Below, piece by piece: positions 27,827-44,539 of a DNA stretch of 64,000 nt (positions are counted from its first letter, which is position 1; each line of letters starts with the position of its first letter). The notes beneath the pieces were generated by a model. That model saw only the letters and a list, made by a program, of their open reading frames with translations, searched no databases and was not told where the DNA came from. Source of the stretch: the human T2T-CHM13v2.0 reference genome, Homo sapiens; assembly GCF_009914755.1 (NCBI RefSeq), contig NC_060935.1. One strand, given 5' to 3'. Position numbers and translations under genes: made by a program.

Positions 27827-28720
27827 GTATGTGGCAGGCCAGACTTGGTGCCATTTTCCCCTATAAACCTGAGCAGGGGCATAGGGGCTACCGCCTTAGG
27901 AGCCTTAAGGGTTTTTTTTTTTTTTTTCCTGCTTGATTCTTATTGCTTCTTCTGTCAGCTATGCTGCTTTCATGGCTGTTGCGTTCTGAGACCTGTGTCT
28001 GTCTAGACTTCTGATCCATAGAGAATCATTTGTTCAGTATGTAGTGTGTTTTGTAGGGGAAGGGGTGGAGAGTTGATAGATGGCAGCTGTCATTTATTCT
28101 GTAAGCATTTATTGTGCCCTTCCTAACCATTAGGCACCATAATAGGCAATTCAGCTTAGTTGTTGGAACCAGACTGCTTGAGGTTTTATTGTGTTCTTCC
28201 TTTTACTAAGTGACTTACCAGCAAACATTTGAGTGCGTCTCTGTTGGCCAGGCACTGGAGAGACAGCAAGGACCAAAGACAGACATGGACCTTGCCCTCC
28301 TGGAATTTATATTCATTGGGAAGAGAATCATTAGTCAACTAGCCACACATGTGAAATGTAAACATGCAACTAAGACAGCTACTCCAACACAGCTGCTGTG
28401 ATGAAAGCATATGTTAAAATGACTTGATTTTTGTCAAGGAGGCCAGGAATGGTGGATGTGATGCTGCTGCTGTGATCTGAAACATCCATGGAAATTACCT
28501 AGGTGAACAGGGCTCCAGTTGGTAGAAACTGCGCATGCAAAGTTCCTCTGGTTGCAATGAGCAAGGAACCAAAAGAAGGCCCATCCATGTGCATAGAGCA
28601 CCAGAAGTTGAGTAGTTGTGCAGTTAGGTCTATGTTTTGGTGAAATGAGAGCAGCAAGTCAGGCAGGGCTCAGAGCACCAGGATCTTCTAGGGACAGGAG
28701 ATCGATCCATCAGGTCTTTT

Positions 28721-29013
28721 TTTTTTTTTTTTTTTTTTAAACGGAGTCTTGCTCTGTTACCCAGGCTGGAGTGCAGTGGTACCATCTGGGCTCACTGCAA
28801 CCTCTGCTTCCTGGGATCAAGCAATTCCCTGCCTCAGTCTCCTGAGCTGGGATCACAGGTGCCCACCACCATGCCTGGCTAATTTTAGTATTTTTAGTAG
28901 AGACGAGGTTTCATCATCTTGGTCAGGCTGGTCTTGAACTCCTGACCTCGTGATCCACCCACCTCAGCCTCCCAAAGTGCTGGGATTACAGGCGTGAGCC
29001 ACTGTGCCTGGCC
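28721..29013 (-). mobile_element. AluS (Sg/Sc-like)
   Basis: TSD tccatcaggtctttt at 28706-28720 and 29014-29028. Confidence 0.94.
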
Positions 29014-29599
29014 TCCATCAGGTCTTTTCATGTCCTGGTATTCATTCGTTTCTGGATATGTTAAGTGCAGAACTTCAAGGCTAAAGACCCAACCCTGGAG
29101 TGGGCAGAACAATAAACAAGTCCATTGTTCTGTTCCTGTTTACTGTTAGTTAAGGCCTGCATTAAGGTCATTGAGGTGTTTTAAGAGCTCTACTTTCATT
29201 AAAGTCTTTAGAATTGTATTAAATTTCCATCCATGTTCTTGAATTTCACATCTTACTTACATAAATATGGAAAAAGACAAAAGATATCTAGCCCAAGGCC
29301 TCATTTTACAAAGGAGGAAACTGAGGCCCCAAGAAGTTGAGTGACAGGGGCAAAGTGGGGTCAGCCAACACACACGTTGCGAAGTTTCATTTTTCTCCAA
29401 GAACTAAAATTCTGGCCTTTCCATGAGGTTCTTTAGTTCACAATAGAAGTATAAATAAATAAAACAGTGACTCAGGAATGTGCTAATTGTTTTTCACTTT
29501 GGGAGGCTGATCCTGAAATTGTACTTAAAAGCTCTGTTTGTGGACAGCTGGGAGAGGTACAGGTCAAGCCAGATTTCACCAGCCCAGGTAGCCCAGGAG

Positions 29600-29893
29600 C
29601 TGCTAACTCAAAAGACTTCAGGTACCAAGCAGGTCTTCTGAATGGGTGAAGCTGGCGTGGATGCCTGGCAGTGAGATCGTGCCCTCTGTCAAAAGAGGAT
29701 TACCCTGGTAGAACACAGGCCCACTGATACATCTCTTATTTTTCAAGAAGAACTGGAAATTGAGATGTTTATGTAAATTTTCTGACTTTTAAATGTTGGT
29801 AAATAATCCAAATTTCCCCAAACATTGGTGCAGGCCAAACAAAACACATCTGTGGATTGAATATGGCCAAGAAGCTGCCCTTTTATAACACCA
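29600..29893 (-). mobile_element. MER102-like element (copy 3)
   Basis: Reverse complement reads cagatgtgttttgtttggcctgca...ccaacatttaaaagtcag...tcttgaaaaat. Confidence 0.7.
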
Positions 29894-30111
29894 GCCATTG
29901 CATGCATTGGGGAGGCATTGCTGCTTCAGAGTGTTGAGTCCCAGAAAATGCTAGGTGCCTTTCTCCTCCATCAACACATTCAACCCTCCCCACAGCCCTT
30001 TGTTATGAGTAGTTGATAAATGAGAAAATCATGCATTAGAGAAATTAAATAAAAGTCACACAGCAATGAGCAGTGGCAAAAGGATTTGAACTCCTTTCTG
30101 ACTTAGATACC

Positions 30112-30470
30112 TGTAGTAGTCTACCGGGGCTGCCATAACAAATACCATAGACTGGATGACTTAAACAACAAAAATTTATTTCTCAATGTCCTGGAGGCTG
30201 GGAAGTCCAAGATCAAGGTGCCGGTCATTTACATTCCTGGTGATGGCCCTCTTCCCGACTGGAAGATGTGTACTGTGTGTACACATGACCTCTTTTGTAC
30301 TTGATGGGGAGAGAGAGCTCTCTGATGTCCCTTATAAGGACACTAATCATGTGGGCCCTACTCTTATGACCTCATCTAAACCCAAGTATCTCTCAAAGGC
30401 CCATCTCCAAATCCCATCAAATTGGGGGTTAAGGCTTTGACATATAAATTTTGGGGGGACTCATAGCAAC
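30112..30470 (-). mobile_element. MLT1A-like LTR
   Basis: gggctgccataacaaataccatagactgg...ggaggctgggaagtccaagatcaaggtgcc...gggggttaaggcttt. Confidence 0.85.
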
Positions 30471-31656
30471 ACCTTTGTTCTTTGCACTATATTGTAGTGT
30501 CAGAAAGAGAGGTCTTATGTTGGGAGAAGGATTAAGTTGATGGTTCCTGATCTTTTTTTTTTTGCCATCGTTCCTTTCCCGAGGTCTCTGTGAGCCCATC
30601 TCTTATCACATCCTGTGACTAACACTCATCATGAGGAGCATGACACTCCCCCAGCCCTCCTTTCCAGTGTTGGGGTTAGGGCTGCTAGATGTTCCTCTGT
30701 GTCTTGACTGATTTTTCAGACTAGTGGGAAATACATATGGTTGAGGTTTGAAACTATGTGCCCAGATATAAATTGAGCCCAGAATAAGCCAAAGCTTAAA
30801 AAAAAAATCAGAGCTTTCCTTCCCCATGTTTCTGTACCTTACATTCTAGCCACACTATTTTAGAGAAGGCCAGAGGATGGAGATAGGCTTTCACATCAGA
30901 GACACAGAATATAACTGAAGATGTGAAGTATCTCCCAGGCATTGACGTGACCTGGATGTCTCAAGTTGAATGAAGCTAGCCCTCCCACATCAGCAAGTGC
31001 CTGTGTGGAGGTAAACACAGCTGCCTTTATTCCAGCATCTTAAACACTGAAATAGGCTGCTCTCTGGTTACATTCAAGTAGACACTTGGGTTTTGATTTT
31101 CCTTTTGGAAGACTTGTTTGCAGAACAGATCTATCAACTCAACATGGTTGAGGCAGGATTGGTGGAGAGGGTGGGGCACAGGATGGTAGGGATGTCAGAA
31201 AGAGATGTGCAAACAGAGAAGCCTCAGTTCTTCAGCCCATTTTTCAGTTGTGACAGTCCTGTTATATGCAAGAGGGTTTGTGCTAAGTTTAATGGAAATT
31301 TTTAACCAAAGAGAGCAGTTTCTGGATTCAGAGAGACCAGGGATCAAGACTGGGCTAGCTGTGTGACCTTGGGCAAGTGACTTCATTTTTCTAAGTCTGT
31401 TTTGTCTTTTATGAAATGAGGATAATAATAGCACTAACCTCATGGTCATTGGGAGGATTGAGATAATGCTAAAAGCATCCTTAGCACAGGGTCTGGTAAT
31501 TTAATAAAGGTTTAATAAATATTAGCCATATGATTCTTATTACTGTGAACAGTTAAGAAATAGTAAAGTGATACATAATGGGTGAGTACGAGGCATGAGA
31601 ACACAGGCCAACGTGATGAATTGCCCCATGAATAGTGCTGTGTATAACCCTCTCCA

Positions 31657-31857
31657 GGCCAGGTGTCATGCTCCCACCTGTAATCCCAGCTCTTTGGGAG
31701 GCTGAGGCAGGAGGATCGCTTGAGTCCAAGTGTTTGAGACCAGCTTTAATGAAACCCCAGTTTCTACAAAAAATACAAATAAAATGAAAAGCTGGGCGTG
31801 ATGATGCATACTGCACTCCAGCCTGGGCAACAGAGCAAGATCCTGTCTCAGAAAAAA
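31657..31857 (+). mobile_element. AluJ with a large internal right-arm deletion
   Basis: Left arm and linker, then a jump straight to ctgcactccagcctgggcaac. Confidence 0.88.
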
Positions 31858-32440
31858 CTTCTCCAGCAGTTTGGATGAGGTGAGCTCACTTTGAACTAGA
31901 GAGTCTGGGACAGAATCCTCAAAGAGTGGTGCCTGGAGTTGAAGTTTGGGTGAGGCTAAGTTCTTACAAGGAGAGCCAGCTGTTTCTCCTTTCCACAGAG
32001 AAAAGAACAAGAGGAAATGACTTTTTCAGTTCTCCATTCTACTGAACCCAAATGGTAATAAACTTTTTGATGGAGTATCCAAGTCTGGAGTCAAAGCCTA
32101 AATCAGATTCTTTGGGTCACTCATCCCAGCCACCCTGGCCACTTTCTATCTGTAGGGTTAGTATGTACCTGGGAAATACAAATTTATTTAAATAGTAGCC
32201 AATGCAAAGGATGACTAGGAAGGTAGATGTTTTATGTAACTGAGTCTTGTAATGCAGTCATTATTATAAGTGGCCTTTCCATTTAAGACATGTCTTTGAA
32301 AATAGACTCTAGTTTAAATGTTAGCAGATAGACTTTGAAGTAATTATGAGGAAGAACTTGGGACTGAGGATGGTCAAATTCTAAAACACAGTATTGGATC
32401 CAAAGACAGGTTTCTCCACCCTTTAAGAATAAATCTGTCA

Positions 32441-32743
32441 GGCCAGGTGCGGTGGCTCACCCCGTAGTCCCAGAACTTTGAGAGGCCAAGGCAGGTGGAT
32501 CACCTGAGGTCAGGAGTTTGAGACCAGCCTGGCCAGCATGGCAAAACCCTGACTCTACTAAAAATACAAAAATTAGCCAGGTGTGGTGGTGTGCGCCTGT
32601 AATCCCAGCCAGCTATTTTTGGGAGGCTGAGGCAGGAGAATCGCTTGAACCTGGGAGACAGAGGTTGCAGTGAGCCAAGATCGTGCCACACTGCACTCCA
32701 GCCTGGGGGACAGAGAGAGAATTTGTCTCAAAAAAAAAAAAAA
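32441..32743 (+). mobile_element. AluSx-like
   Basis: Full dimer with A-tail. Confidence 0.94.
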
Positions 32744-34606
32744 TCCATCAGAAACGTCTCACCTCAATATAGCGGCCAATGTTGTCCCATGTAAAAGTCA
32801 GGGCACATGGTCTATTGATATGAAAACCATAAATCAGAATATTTCCCATTGAAACTGCCTTAGGCACAGCTTGCACATTGTAATATCTCTCAAGGCAAGA
32901 AAATGACCTTTCAGAATAGACGTATTCTAGCTAAATCCCCAGGCATCCCAATCAACAATTCTGGCTTCCCTAAATTTCCATCTGCCAGAGTTCGGGCTGA
33001 TTCTGGGAGTCTTCTTGTTTTGAATTCTCAATGGGGTGTTAGTGCGGTTTTTAACACCCCTCTCCAGCCTCACCCCTGATGTGGCTGCATTTTGGCAGCG
33101 AGGAAAAGTCTGGGTTAGAGGTTTGGGTTTCATGAGCCCTTCCAAGAACAAGAGCAGCTAAGCTGACACAAGAGCACACTCTCCCTAAACAGTCTTTTCT
33201 GCCACCTCTCCCACTGATTTTATGTAACCGAGAAGAATTAGAAAAGTGTGAAAAAAGCAAGACTGATGTTTGCTGGTTCTTTGAAGAACCTGCTTGCCAA
33301 TGTTCTTATAAGTGCTTTCAGTCTTTGAGTGTTGGGGTGTGTGTGTCGAAGCAGGGGCCATTGATTCATTGATTTATTTATTGAATAAATGTGGAGTGCT
33401 CTGCCCAGTACTGGGCTGTATACTGGGGTGGTCATTGAGTAGGTGGTTTGTGTCTTGGAGATCTTACAGCAGAATGAGAGAGGAACTGGGCAGGTAGTTC
33501 TCAGGCAACGCTTTTAGAGGGGTGATGGTGGAATCTGGAGTGCTGGGGGCATGTGGAGGATGGGCACACAATTAGACCTAGGAGAAAATGATATCCAAGT
33601 TGAAATCAGAAGTGGGAGCAGGCAGAAAGGGCAGTTGAGGATCTAACGTTCTTGCCACCACCACTCACTCCATGCCCTCCTGCCTCCTCAAACTCCCTGG
33701 GAGGACTTTTTCTCGGCAGAAATAAATGCTCAGAGATGAAGTTTCCGGAAACCAGAGATCAGTTATCTGCAGCCGGCCTGAGACAGGAAACGCACATTTT
33801 CCTTCTCTCTCCAACCACCCTGCTTCTGTTCTTGTTGGGAGGGGGGAGGTGGTGTGAAGAAAACCCCAGAGATTTTCAAGGAAAGAGGAGGTTCCAAGAA
33901 TTGTGTTTGATCTCTGACAGGTCTGAGTTGAAATATCTTCCTTCTGAGTCAGTTGGTTGCCTGAAACCCAAAGGGAAATCCACCTCCGATTTTTCCATCT
34001 CTTTAACAGAGTGTTGACTGTAAGAGAGGGGGACCCACAGTAGGGGGGAAGAGCTGGGAGGGGACGGGAGGAAGGTGAGCCTGGATCCAGCTCACAGGCT
34101 GATGCCATAGACCAGTCCCAGGCCTGATGCCACGAGGTAATGATAACTGCAGACACTTGCTTAGCCTTTTAGTATATGCCAGGTTCCAAGTGCTTCATAT
34201 GTGTCAACTCTTTTAAAACTCCCCACACCCTGTGAGATAGATACTGTATCCCTGTCTTACAAGGAGGAAGTACAGATACAGAGAGGTGGAATAACTCACC
34301 CAGAGTCATGTAGCCAGTAAGTGCCTGAGCTGGGATTTGAACCCAAGCCTCCCACATGCTTAAACCCTTAGTAAGTGGGCTGCAAGAGCCACACAGAGCT
34401 GGCATTATCCAGATTTGGGCTTGATGTACCTGGACATAGGTTCATGAATAGATCATGAGGTAAGGGGGGCATTGCCCTTCTGAGGAGCCTAGTTTTGGAG
34501 GGATTAAGATGAGGGCTCTTCTTGGTCTGGGTGACTCTGCCTGATGATGTGTTACTACCTTGTACCTGCTGTGGCTGAGAAACAGACTTGGCTTTCAGGT
34601 TAAGAA

Positions 34607-34885
34607 GGGTTGTTAGAAATGGCAGATTGGAAACCCATGGGGTTGGCGCATGTGGTTTGGCCTAAAAGTTGTTTAGAAATCTGGACATCTCACCTAGAAC
34701 TCCAGGTTTCCGGCCTCTCTGGAAAGGTCAGATCTGGGCACTGGACTCACGGTCTGGTGTGGAGCCTGTCAGGGGAGCTGAGGCCTGGCTGCTGGCTTTA
34801 GAGGGACTTTCTTGGTCCTTACAGTACACACTCACTTGCCTCCCTTCTTTGCCTGCCTGCCCCTGTGGCATGGGGGGTACCACTG
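34607..34885 (+). mobile_element. MER102-like element (copy 4)
   Basis: ccaggtttccggcctctctggaaaggtcagatctgggcactgg...ggagctgag...ctgcctgcccctgtggcat. Confidence 0.55.
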
Positions 34886-37800
34886 CCTGATTAGGTTGGC
34901 CTCCATTTGAGTTGGGATCTACCAATGTATGGCCCCTGGCAAAGCTCTGAGCATCGATCTTATCTGCAAAATGAGGATACACTCCTACCTGTGAGGCTGT
35001 TGGAGAATTTGAGATTCTGTGTGCAGACTGCCGAGCATAGTGTGCCACATAACTAGGAGCTCAATAAATGCTCTTCGTCAGTTTCCTCCATGTTTCTCAC
35101 TATTCCCACTGCCACCCACTAGGATGCCGACACCCGAAGGGTGTGAGTACTCCATGTCCTGAGTCAAGGACACCACCTCCCATGGGCTCCCATGGAATGG
35201 ACCAGAGAAGGGGAGGAGGCCTTTCTATCTGTTCCTGCTTAAGAGAAGCTGCCTCCTTGAAACATATCCTATTGCAGAAGTGAGGTGGGTGATTTCAGAG
35301 CATTCAGCAGTCAGGCTAGATGGGCACTGACCAGCTACAGCACTGGGCACAGGACTCTGGAGGACCCCTGCTGTTCCTGGATCTTGAGGCGGTCTGGGCG
35401 GATCTCACCAAAGGGCCAGGGTGCAGGGCCAGAGAACTTGGGGCAAACCCTACTTGCCAGATGGCGCAGAAATATTAACTACTGATATGGTTATTCCAAC
35501 TCATCTTGGCTAACCTGCAGCACTTCTTGCAAGCTGCCTCATCGTCTTTAACCTCATGTGGGAAGAGAGTTGGGACAAGCAGCGGGATTTTGCCACCTTG
35601 GGTCTTTCTCTGTGTGCAAGGCAGACTGACTCCATCCGAGGTGATTTCCCTCTGTCACTTCCGCGCTTGCCCACTCTGCTGCCATCCTGCTGTCCCTGCG
35701 CCTCTCCACCAGCTTGATTCCAGCTTTTAGTAATGCCTCCTTTACCTTTAAGCCCACAGAAGTGGGAAGTTGAGTTGACAAGACGGTGAGGCGTGAGATC
35801 GCAGGTCTGTGTAATAACAGGAAATCCTGTCAACTGGGGTGGTGTCTCAGCTGGTCAGCCTGGGAGGGAGAAAGGGTGAGATAATGTAGACCAGTCAGTG
35901 CTTCCCCATTTTTTCCCCCTGTTATGGCTCCTTTTGGCTTCTGGCTGAACTTCACGCCCAGTTTCTCATTTTGGTCAGGCCCCGTGTAAGTGTCCCCTTC
36001 ACATTACCCTCAGCTCCCGGCTTCCCTTTTTCTAGCTCAGTGGCTTGTGGTGGTGGTTGGTAGCAGCAGAATTCTGTTTTCAAATGAAACCAGGCATGGA
36101 AGTCCAATATGTGAAACAGATGGCATATGGGGGCTGCTGAGGCTGAGGGGTTGCTTTCATGTCAGTTACACGTCCCGGCAATTCTTTTCTCCAAAGCTCT
36201 GCCTCCACCTTCCTACCTTCTTATCCTTTCATCAGCTAGTCTGGCCCTACCTAACATATTACCTGCTTTATGAATTTCTCCTGGGTCCTCAATCCCAGTG
36301 TAGGAAATGCTAGTGTGGCTATACTTGTAGGAAGATGCGAGAAGCAGTGGGCTGGAGTTTTCAAGACCCAGGGCTTCAGAGTCCTGGGTGAAATCATAGT
36401 AGCTCATGCTTGCCAAGCCTTGCTGTGGGCCAGGCAGCGTTCTAGCAATTTGATGAGGATTAACCCATTTTACTTGTGCAGTAATCCTGTGAAGTAGGTA
36501 TCCTTATCCTCCCCACATTCTAGGTGAGGAAACTGAAGTATGAAGAATCAGTGAATTTTCCCGGGTCATTGCTAACAACAGCTACTAAGTGGCTGCCAGG
36601 ATGCAGAGCCAGGCAGCTCTGGGCTCCCTGATCTCAACAAGACACTTGTTATCTCTGGCCTGTGCTTGCTTGGGTCAGTTTCCTTGTATATTAAAATTGA
36701 GGATATTATTGCTGCTTACAGTTCTGTTTTAGGCTTAAATGTGGGAACGCCTACATTGTTGACAGTGGTGTCCAGCACCCAGCAAGTGCTCAATAAACTT
36801 TAATTGGAGAAAAAAATGCCGGGTTCCATCCTAGGAGCAATTTGTTTATTATTCGTTATGATGATGATGATTGTTTGTTCTAACAAGTAATTGCTTTTCT
36901 GTTGACAGGGCAGCAACCCTAGGATAGAGTGGGAAAAGCGGAAGGAAGGCTGCCAGATTCTAGGCCTGAGCCTCAAAGGAGCTTATGGCCTAGGTATTAG
37001 GAATCGGGATTTTCATCTTCCCTGCATCTAGGGAACCACAAACCACAGCCTCTTTAATTTGGCTGTCTCTCTCCAGCTTTTCTCTTCTTTCTTGTTCTTT
37101 ACAAATTAAATTGGTAAAAGTAAGTCAGGCTACAGGGTGAATTGTCCCATTGTGATTTTGGCCTAGGTGTCTAATGCCTTGATATTTTTTACTGTCATCT
37201 TTTGGGTAAGATGAACCTCCTGTGCCCTATAAGAGAGTGGCCCAGATCACTCTCTCATAGGGCCCAGGAGAAATCATTGAGCTCTGTTTCATCCTTTTCT
37301 TCTAGCATCCAGAACCATGTCTAACACATAACATTATGTTTTCAGTAAATGGCTAAGATTCAAAGAATTAATGAATGGGGTCTCCACTCTGAGTTCCTCT
37401 TTTTTTGGTGGGGGGAAGGTAGCTTTTAAGTGAGGAAGCGTCTGCCAAGTTCCACTGGAGATGGTGTATCGGAACAGAGGTGTGGAAAATCCCCTTCTCT
37501 CAATTCAGCTGAGACAAGAATAGAGGTTTTTTTCAGAAGCATTCTTTCCTTATAAACCAATGCAAGCAGAATAAACAGAGTATATACATGGATTGTAGAT
37601 TTGTAACATGACTCAGCCACAGTCTGCTCACAGGCTGGCCTAGCCAGCACTGCTGGGGACTCCTGGCCCCCTTTCCTCATCTCTTCACTCTCTATAGTCC
37701 TGAGAACAAGGGTTCTTGGGTTACCAGCTTGAGGCAGGTCTGGATTGGTGGATTCCCAGGACTTGTGGGATTCTCTGTTAGCTGGTACACACCCTGCTTC

Positions 37801-38130
37801 CTGATGTCATGACCTTGGTAGGGACTTACTCCTGCGATTCTTTCTCGGGCTTCTGGCCATGCTGCGGTAACCTTGGTGGTGGTTATTAACTTCAGAATCT
37901 TAAAAATTTGTTTCTGAATAGGATTGTTTTGACATGGTTCAAAAATTTTACGCATATAGCAAGGGTATACAGTAGAGTCTCCACCCCTGTATCCCAGAAA
38001 CCAGTTTTCCATTCTCTTTTCCTTAAAGATAAGTATTAGTAACGGTAGCTTATTGGGTATTCTTCCAGAGTTTCTTTATGCATGTATAAGGAATACATAT
38101 GGAAACACAGCTGATGATACTGTATACTTT

Positions 38131-39675
<1,545 letters not shown>

Positions 39676-39909
39676 GATACTGGATACTTTCTACAGGGTC
39701 TGTGGACTAGACTGGGTTCTGGTGATGTGGTGTTTGTGGGACAGCATCTTCCTCAAACTTCAGGGAATCAAGCTGGCTAAAGTGTTGTGTTGCCTTACGT
39801 AATTTCCAGCAACAACTTCAAGCTTCTCCAAGGCTTTACATGTAGACATAGAGAAGAGGACACACAACCCAGTGCTTCTTTACATATGATTTTTAAAAAT
39901 GCATCTGTG

Positions 39910-40228
<319 letters not shown>

Positions 40229-42975
40229 TGCATATGTGTTCTCTGTGTTTAAAAATCAAGGAGCTATATATTTCAATTCTAAGGGCCTATGGGGAAACCC
40301 CTTCATATAGTAATACAGACTTGAACAGCAAGTTATAAGAGTGGAATTGACCAACAAATATGTTAGTGTTGTGTAAACTAAAATGTGTATTCTTATTTTT
40401 CTCTTCCCATTTTACAAGGTAGCCTGTTGTATGTACACACTGTTCTGTATCTTGCATTGTTTCTTTGCTTACTATGACTTAGATCTTTCATATTATTTAG
40501 AGCACTTCTTCACACCCTTTTTAAAATAGTTGCATAGAATTCCATTGCCTGGATGAACATAATCTTTTTATTAGCACTTTATTGGTGCATATTTATGTTG
40601 ATTTCTATATTTTGCTGCAATGAAAAACTCTGCATATATATATATAACATGTGACCCTGTCTAACCATGTTATCATGCCCAGACAGAAGGCAGGATTTTG
40701 TAAGGGATAAGGGCAGTGTAGCTTACTGATTTGCCCAGGTAGAGCAATAGAATCTTGACTTAAATTATTAAGAAAGGTCTTTTCTGTTCAGATAATTCTA
40801 TGAACAGTACCTAGTGGAGAAGGTTTTGCATTCTGGATTTTATAAAAGGACAAGTGTGTGGTTCTCCTACTGTACCTGGTTATGGCCCATTACATTTAAA
40901 GTATATAAAGCAGATTACCACATCGTGTCTGGTTCCTCCTCAGTAAAGAAATGGTTATCACTATCAGCATGGTGAAAGGCCCCTCTTCATGTTCTACTTC
41001 TTTATTCCTAACCATTACCATCTCATCCCCCCTGTTACAGCTGCTTCTAGCTTCAGAGTCCTTTCTGCTAAGTCTTTGTCTTGGAAGTTGCATTGTCTGC
41101 TCTTTAGCTTCTGCTCTGTTATTGGCTGATTTCTACCTAGACTTTTCTCTTCCTGGGACACTCTGCAGAATTCTGGCCTTGGCTGTGGCTTGCTGCACCC
41201 TAGCTGCAATGTAAGGCTGCTGTGCTTCCACCCTCCCTGTAGAGTGAAGCCCCTTCGTGCCCTCCCTGATAGGAGGGGAGGGGAGGAGATGTCTTGGATT
41301 CCTCAACTGGGTAGCATCAGGATGCTTTTCTGCATCCCGCTGTGAGATGCCTGGGGCAACCTTTACTTGTTCAGTCATATCTAGCCCAAACTCACAATTA
41401 TTACACCATCATAGATCCCTCCTCCATGCTGCTCTCCAGGAGTGTGTCCATAGTTTTTTATTTTGAAGGCCCCCTTAACCCCGACCTTTTTCTTTTTCAA
41501 TCTTACCCATGGCATCTTCATGAGCATAGTGTTTTCCCACTGTGGGTTCCTTGGGACACCAATTCCACAGCGTATTATTTGATCTCAGAAGCACATTAGT
41601 CCCTCAGCATCATGAGTACCCAAGATATCTCCTTGGGAAGCTCTCTCCTAAGTAGCCTATCAGTAGGACTTGTTTTTCCACTTGTGCGCAAAGCTTGGCT
41701 TCTTCACCTATGGTTTTGAGACTTCCCAAGGATGACGAAGACTTTGTTAGGAGGTGTTTCTCCCTCCTGTGGTCAGAAGCAATCTCCTTACCTCTTCCTG
41801 TTTCAAAGCCTCCGTCCACTTGGGGCTGCCCCATAGGTTGCTGTTTCCTGTCTGAGAGACATGTCTAGCCTCTGCCTCAAAGACTAGTGATGCCCAACCC
41901 GCTCTTAGTCCAGTGGCTTTTGATGAAGGCTTCCCTCTCGGATCAGACCTGCCCACATCTGAGAGAACTCCTGGGTTGTGTTGACAGGGTGGCCCTCCAT
42001 GAGACTGCCTTTAAATTGGCCCTCAAAATGCAGCATCCACAACAGACAAATATTCTGTCATGGGAAAAGGAAGGTATTTTCTTTGTTCAACGTGTGTTTG
42101 TGGCTTTCCAGGGCTTTTTCTGCTACAGTAATTCAAATCATGGGTGGTTCTCTATTCTTTTGTCTTAATTTTATTGTGCCTGTTTTCTCTGCACATAACA
42201 TCTTGCTGTAACCTCCTGTTTATCCTTCAGTGACATGAGTGAACGTGTTTTGGGGGAGTGAATACTCAGCAAGCGTCGTCAGAAACTTGAGCATTTGCTC
42301 CTTAATAGCCATAGCCAATGGGATGAGCAAAGAAAGTCATTTGAAATCATGAAGGGTTTACTCACTGGATCTGGGGAGCCAGTTATTCTTGCTTTTTGTT
42401 CCCTTACCTTGTCTGGATCAAAATAAAGAATAGTATGGATAGTTCCATTATTTGTCACAGGGAAAAGGAGAGCTGGTGTCAATATCCCTATTTTCCATTT
42501 GTATTTTATTAGCACTTAAGATTCGTTGAAATCATCTTGTGAGTATATTTATTAACGTGCTATCTATCCATCAGCCCCCAAGAAGAGAGCAGAGACCTTG
42601 TCTGTCTCATTCACCTTTGAACTCCTTGTGCTAGAACAACGTGTAACACATAAAGAGCTGCTCAATACATCTTCGTTGCTGGATAAATAAAATCTCTCTA
42701 TTGTCCCTGCTGTGGTCCCCTTGGAAGACTGCCTCAGTCCATTGGGCATGGGTTGTAAGACCACCCAAACCATGGTACCAAGTTGAATTTTAAGTTAGGG
42801 TGAGGGGAGGGGGTTCTGGATTTGGAGGAGAGACAGGGTGGAGTTATGGGAAAAGATGTTGAATTTGCAGAAAGTCTGGGTTCACATCTTGGCTCTGCCA
42901 CTGACTTATTTTGGGGAACTCTCTGAGGCATAATTTTAAAAATCTGTACAGGAAGAATAATAATTACTACTACCC

Positions 42976-43341
<366 letters not shown>

Positions 43342-43707
43342 CTATAAAGTGCTCTGCAAATGTGGAGGAGTGCAAAATGATGATCTTTCTCTTCCTTCTT
43401 TTTGCTTCATATAAAGTCAGGTGCCCTGGCCTGCCCCTACCAGCTCTGCTAGAATTAGGATTTCCTTTGGCCAGCTGCCCTCTTCACAGTGCTACTTTCT
43501 CAGAGTGAACTGAGGAACGCATCTCCTTCTAGGATTCCCATCACTGCAATTCCATGATAACAATGGGGGAAGGGGGACCAGGACCTAAGAAAGTGCCCTC
43601 AAGATCTCAGACCTGGCCCCACCCCGTGCCACTGGTGAGCACATTGTCACCATGAGCTGTACCATCAAGGGCTGCTTGACGGTGTTTCTCTTCTCCCTTC
43701 TCCCCAG

Positions 43708-43756
43708 GCGGCTGTTGAAGAGTGAACTTGGATCATTCATTACAGACTATTTTCAG
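43708..43756 (+). CDS. PRR5L: PRR5L coding exon 3 (49 nt; RLLKSELGSFITDYFQ)
   Basis: Long pyrimidine tract plus cag|G acceptor, CAG|gtaagc donor, phase 2/0. The peptide is visible inside ORF 43652..44041. Confidence 0.96.
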
Positions 43757-43954
43757 GTAAGCTGTGTGGATCTGAGCATCCATCATTATCATGCATGTGG
43801 GGGCATGGACCTAAAAGGGGTGGCCAATACTGTACAGTTGGACATTCCTTCAACAGACAAAATTACGTATCTCAAGTCCCTGCTGTGTGCTGCACGTTGC
43901 AGAGGGGCACCACTCCTGTGTCTCCCAGCAGTTAATGGAGATCACAGTCTCATG

Positions 43955-44395
43955 CAGCAGTTCTCAGGCATTTTGGTCTCAGGACCCCTTTACACTCGTA
44001 AAACGTATTGCTTATTTGGGTTATGTCTATCTTTACCATAATAGAAATTAAACCTGAAGAGCTTTAAAATATGTCTTAATGTATTTAAGTAATAAGCCTA
44101 TTACATACTAGTGCTAATTACATTTTTATGAAAAACAACTCAGAATAAAATAGAAAGGAGATCTCTGCATTGTCTGGCTTCATAGAAGACAGTTGGATTC
44201 TTATATCTGCTTCACTTTCAATTTGTAATGATATTGCATGCCACGTAGTTTTGGGAAAATTCCACTGTAAACTCGTGGAGAATGTAAGGGAAAAAAACAA
44301 ATAGCTTAGTATTACCGAGAAAATAGTTTTGACCGTGGGGATCCCTTGAAAGAGTTTGGGTAGTGGGGGTCCCCCAGGGGACCCTGAATCATACC
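43955..44395. mobile_element. MER119-like hAT-Charlie DNA transposon
   Basis: cagcagttctc...ttggtctcaggacccctttacactc start and ggggtccccagggg...accac end. Confidence 0.65.
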
Positions 44396-44539
44396 ACATC
44401 TGGATCCATTGTCTGGATCAGTCAGACTTCTCCCCTGTCTATACATTGTTGGTATAAAGCTAGTGAGTTTAAGGTTCCAGGACCAATCAGAGGATAGTTT
44501 CTAATTCACAGACGCAAGCTGTTTTCATGACTCTAACCA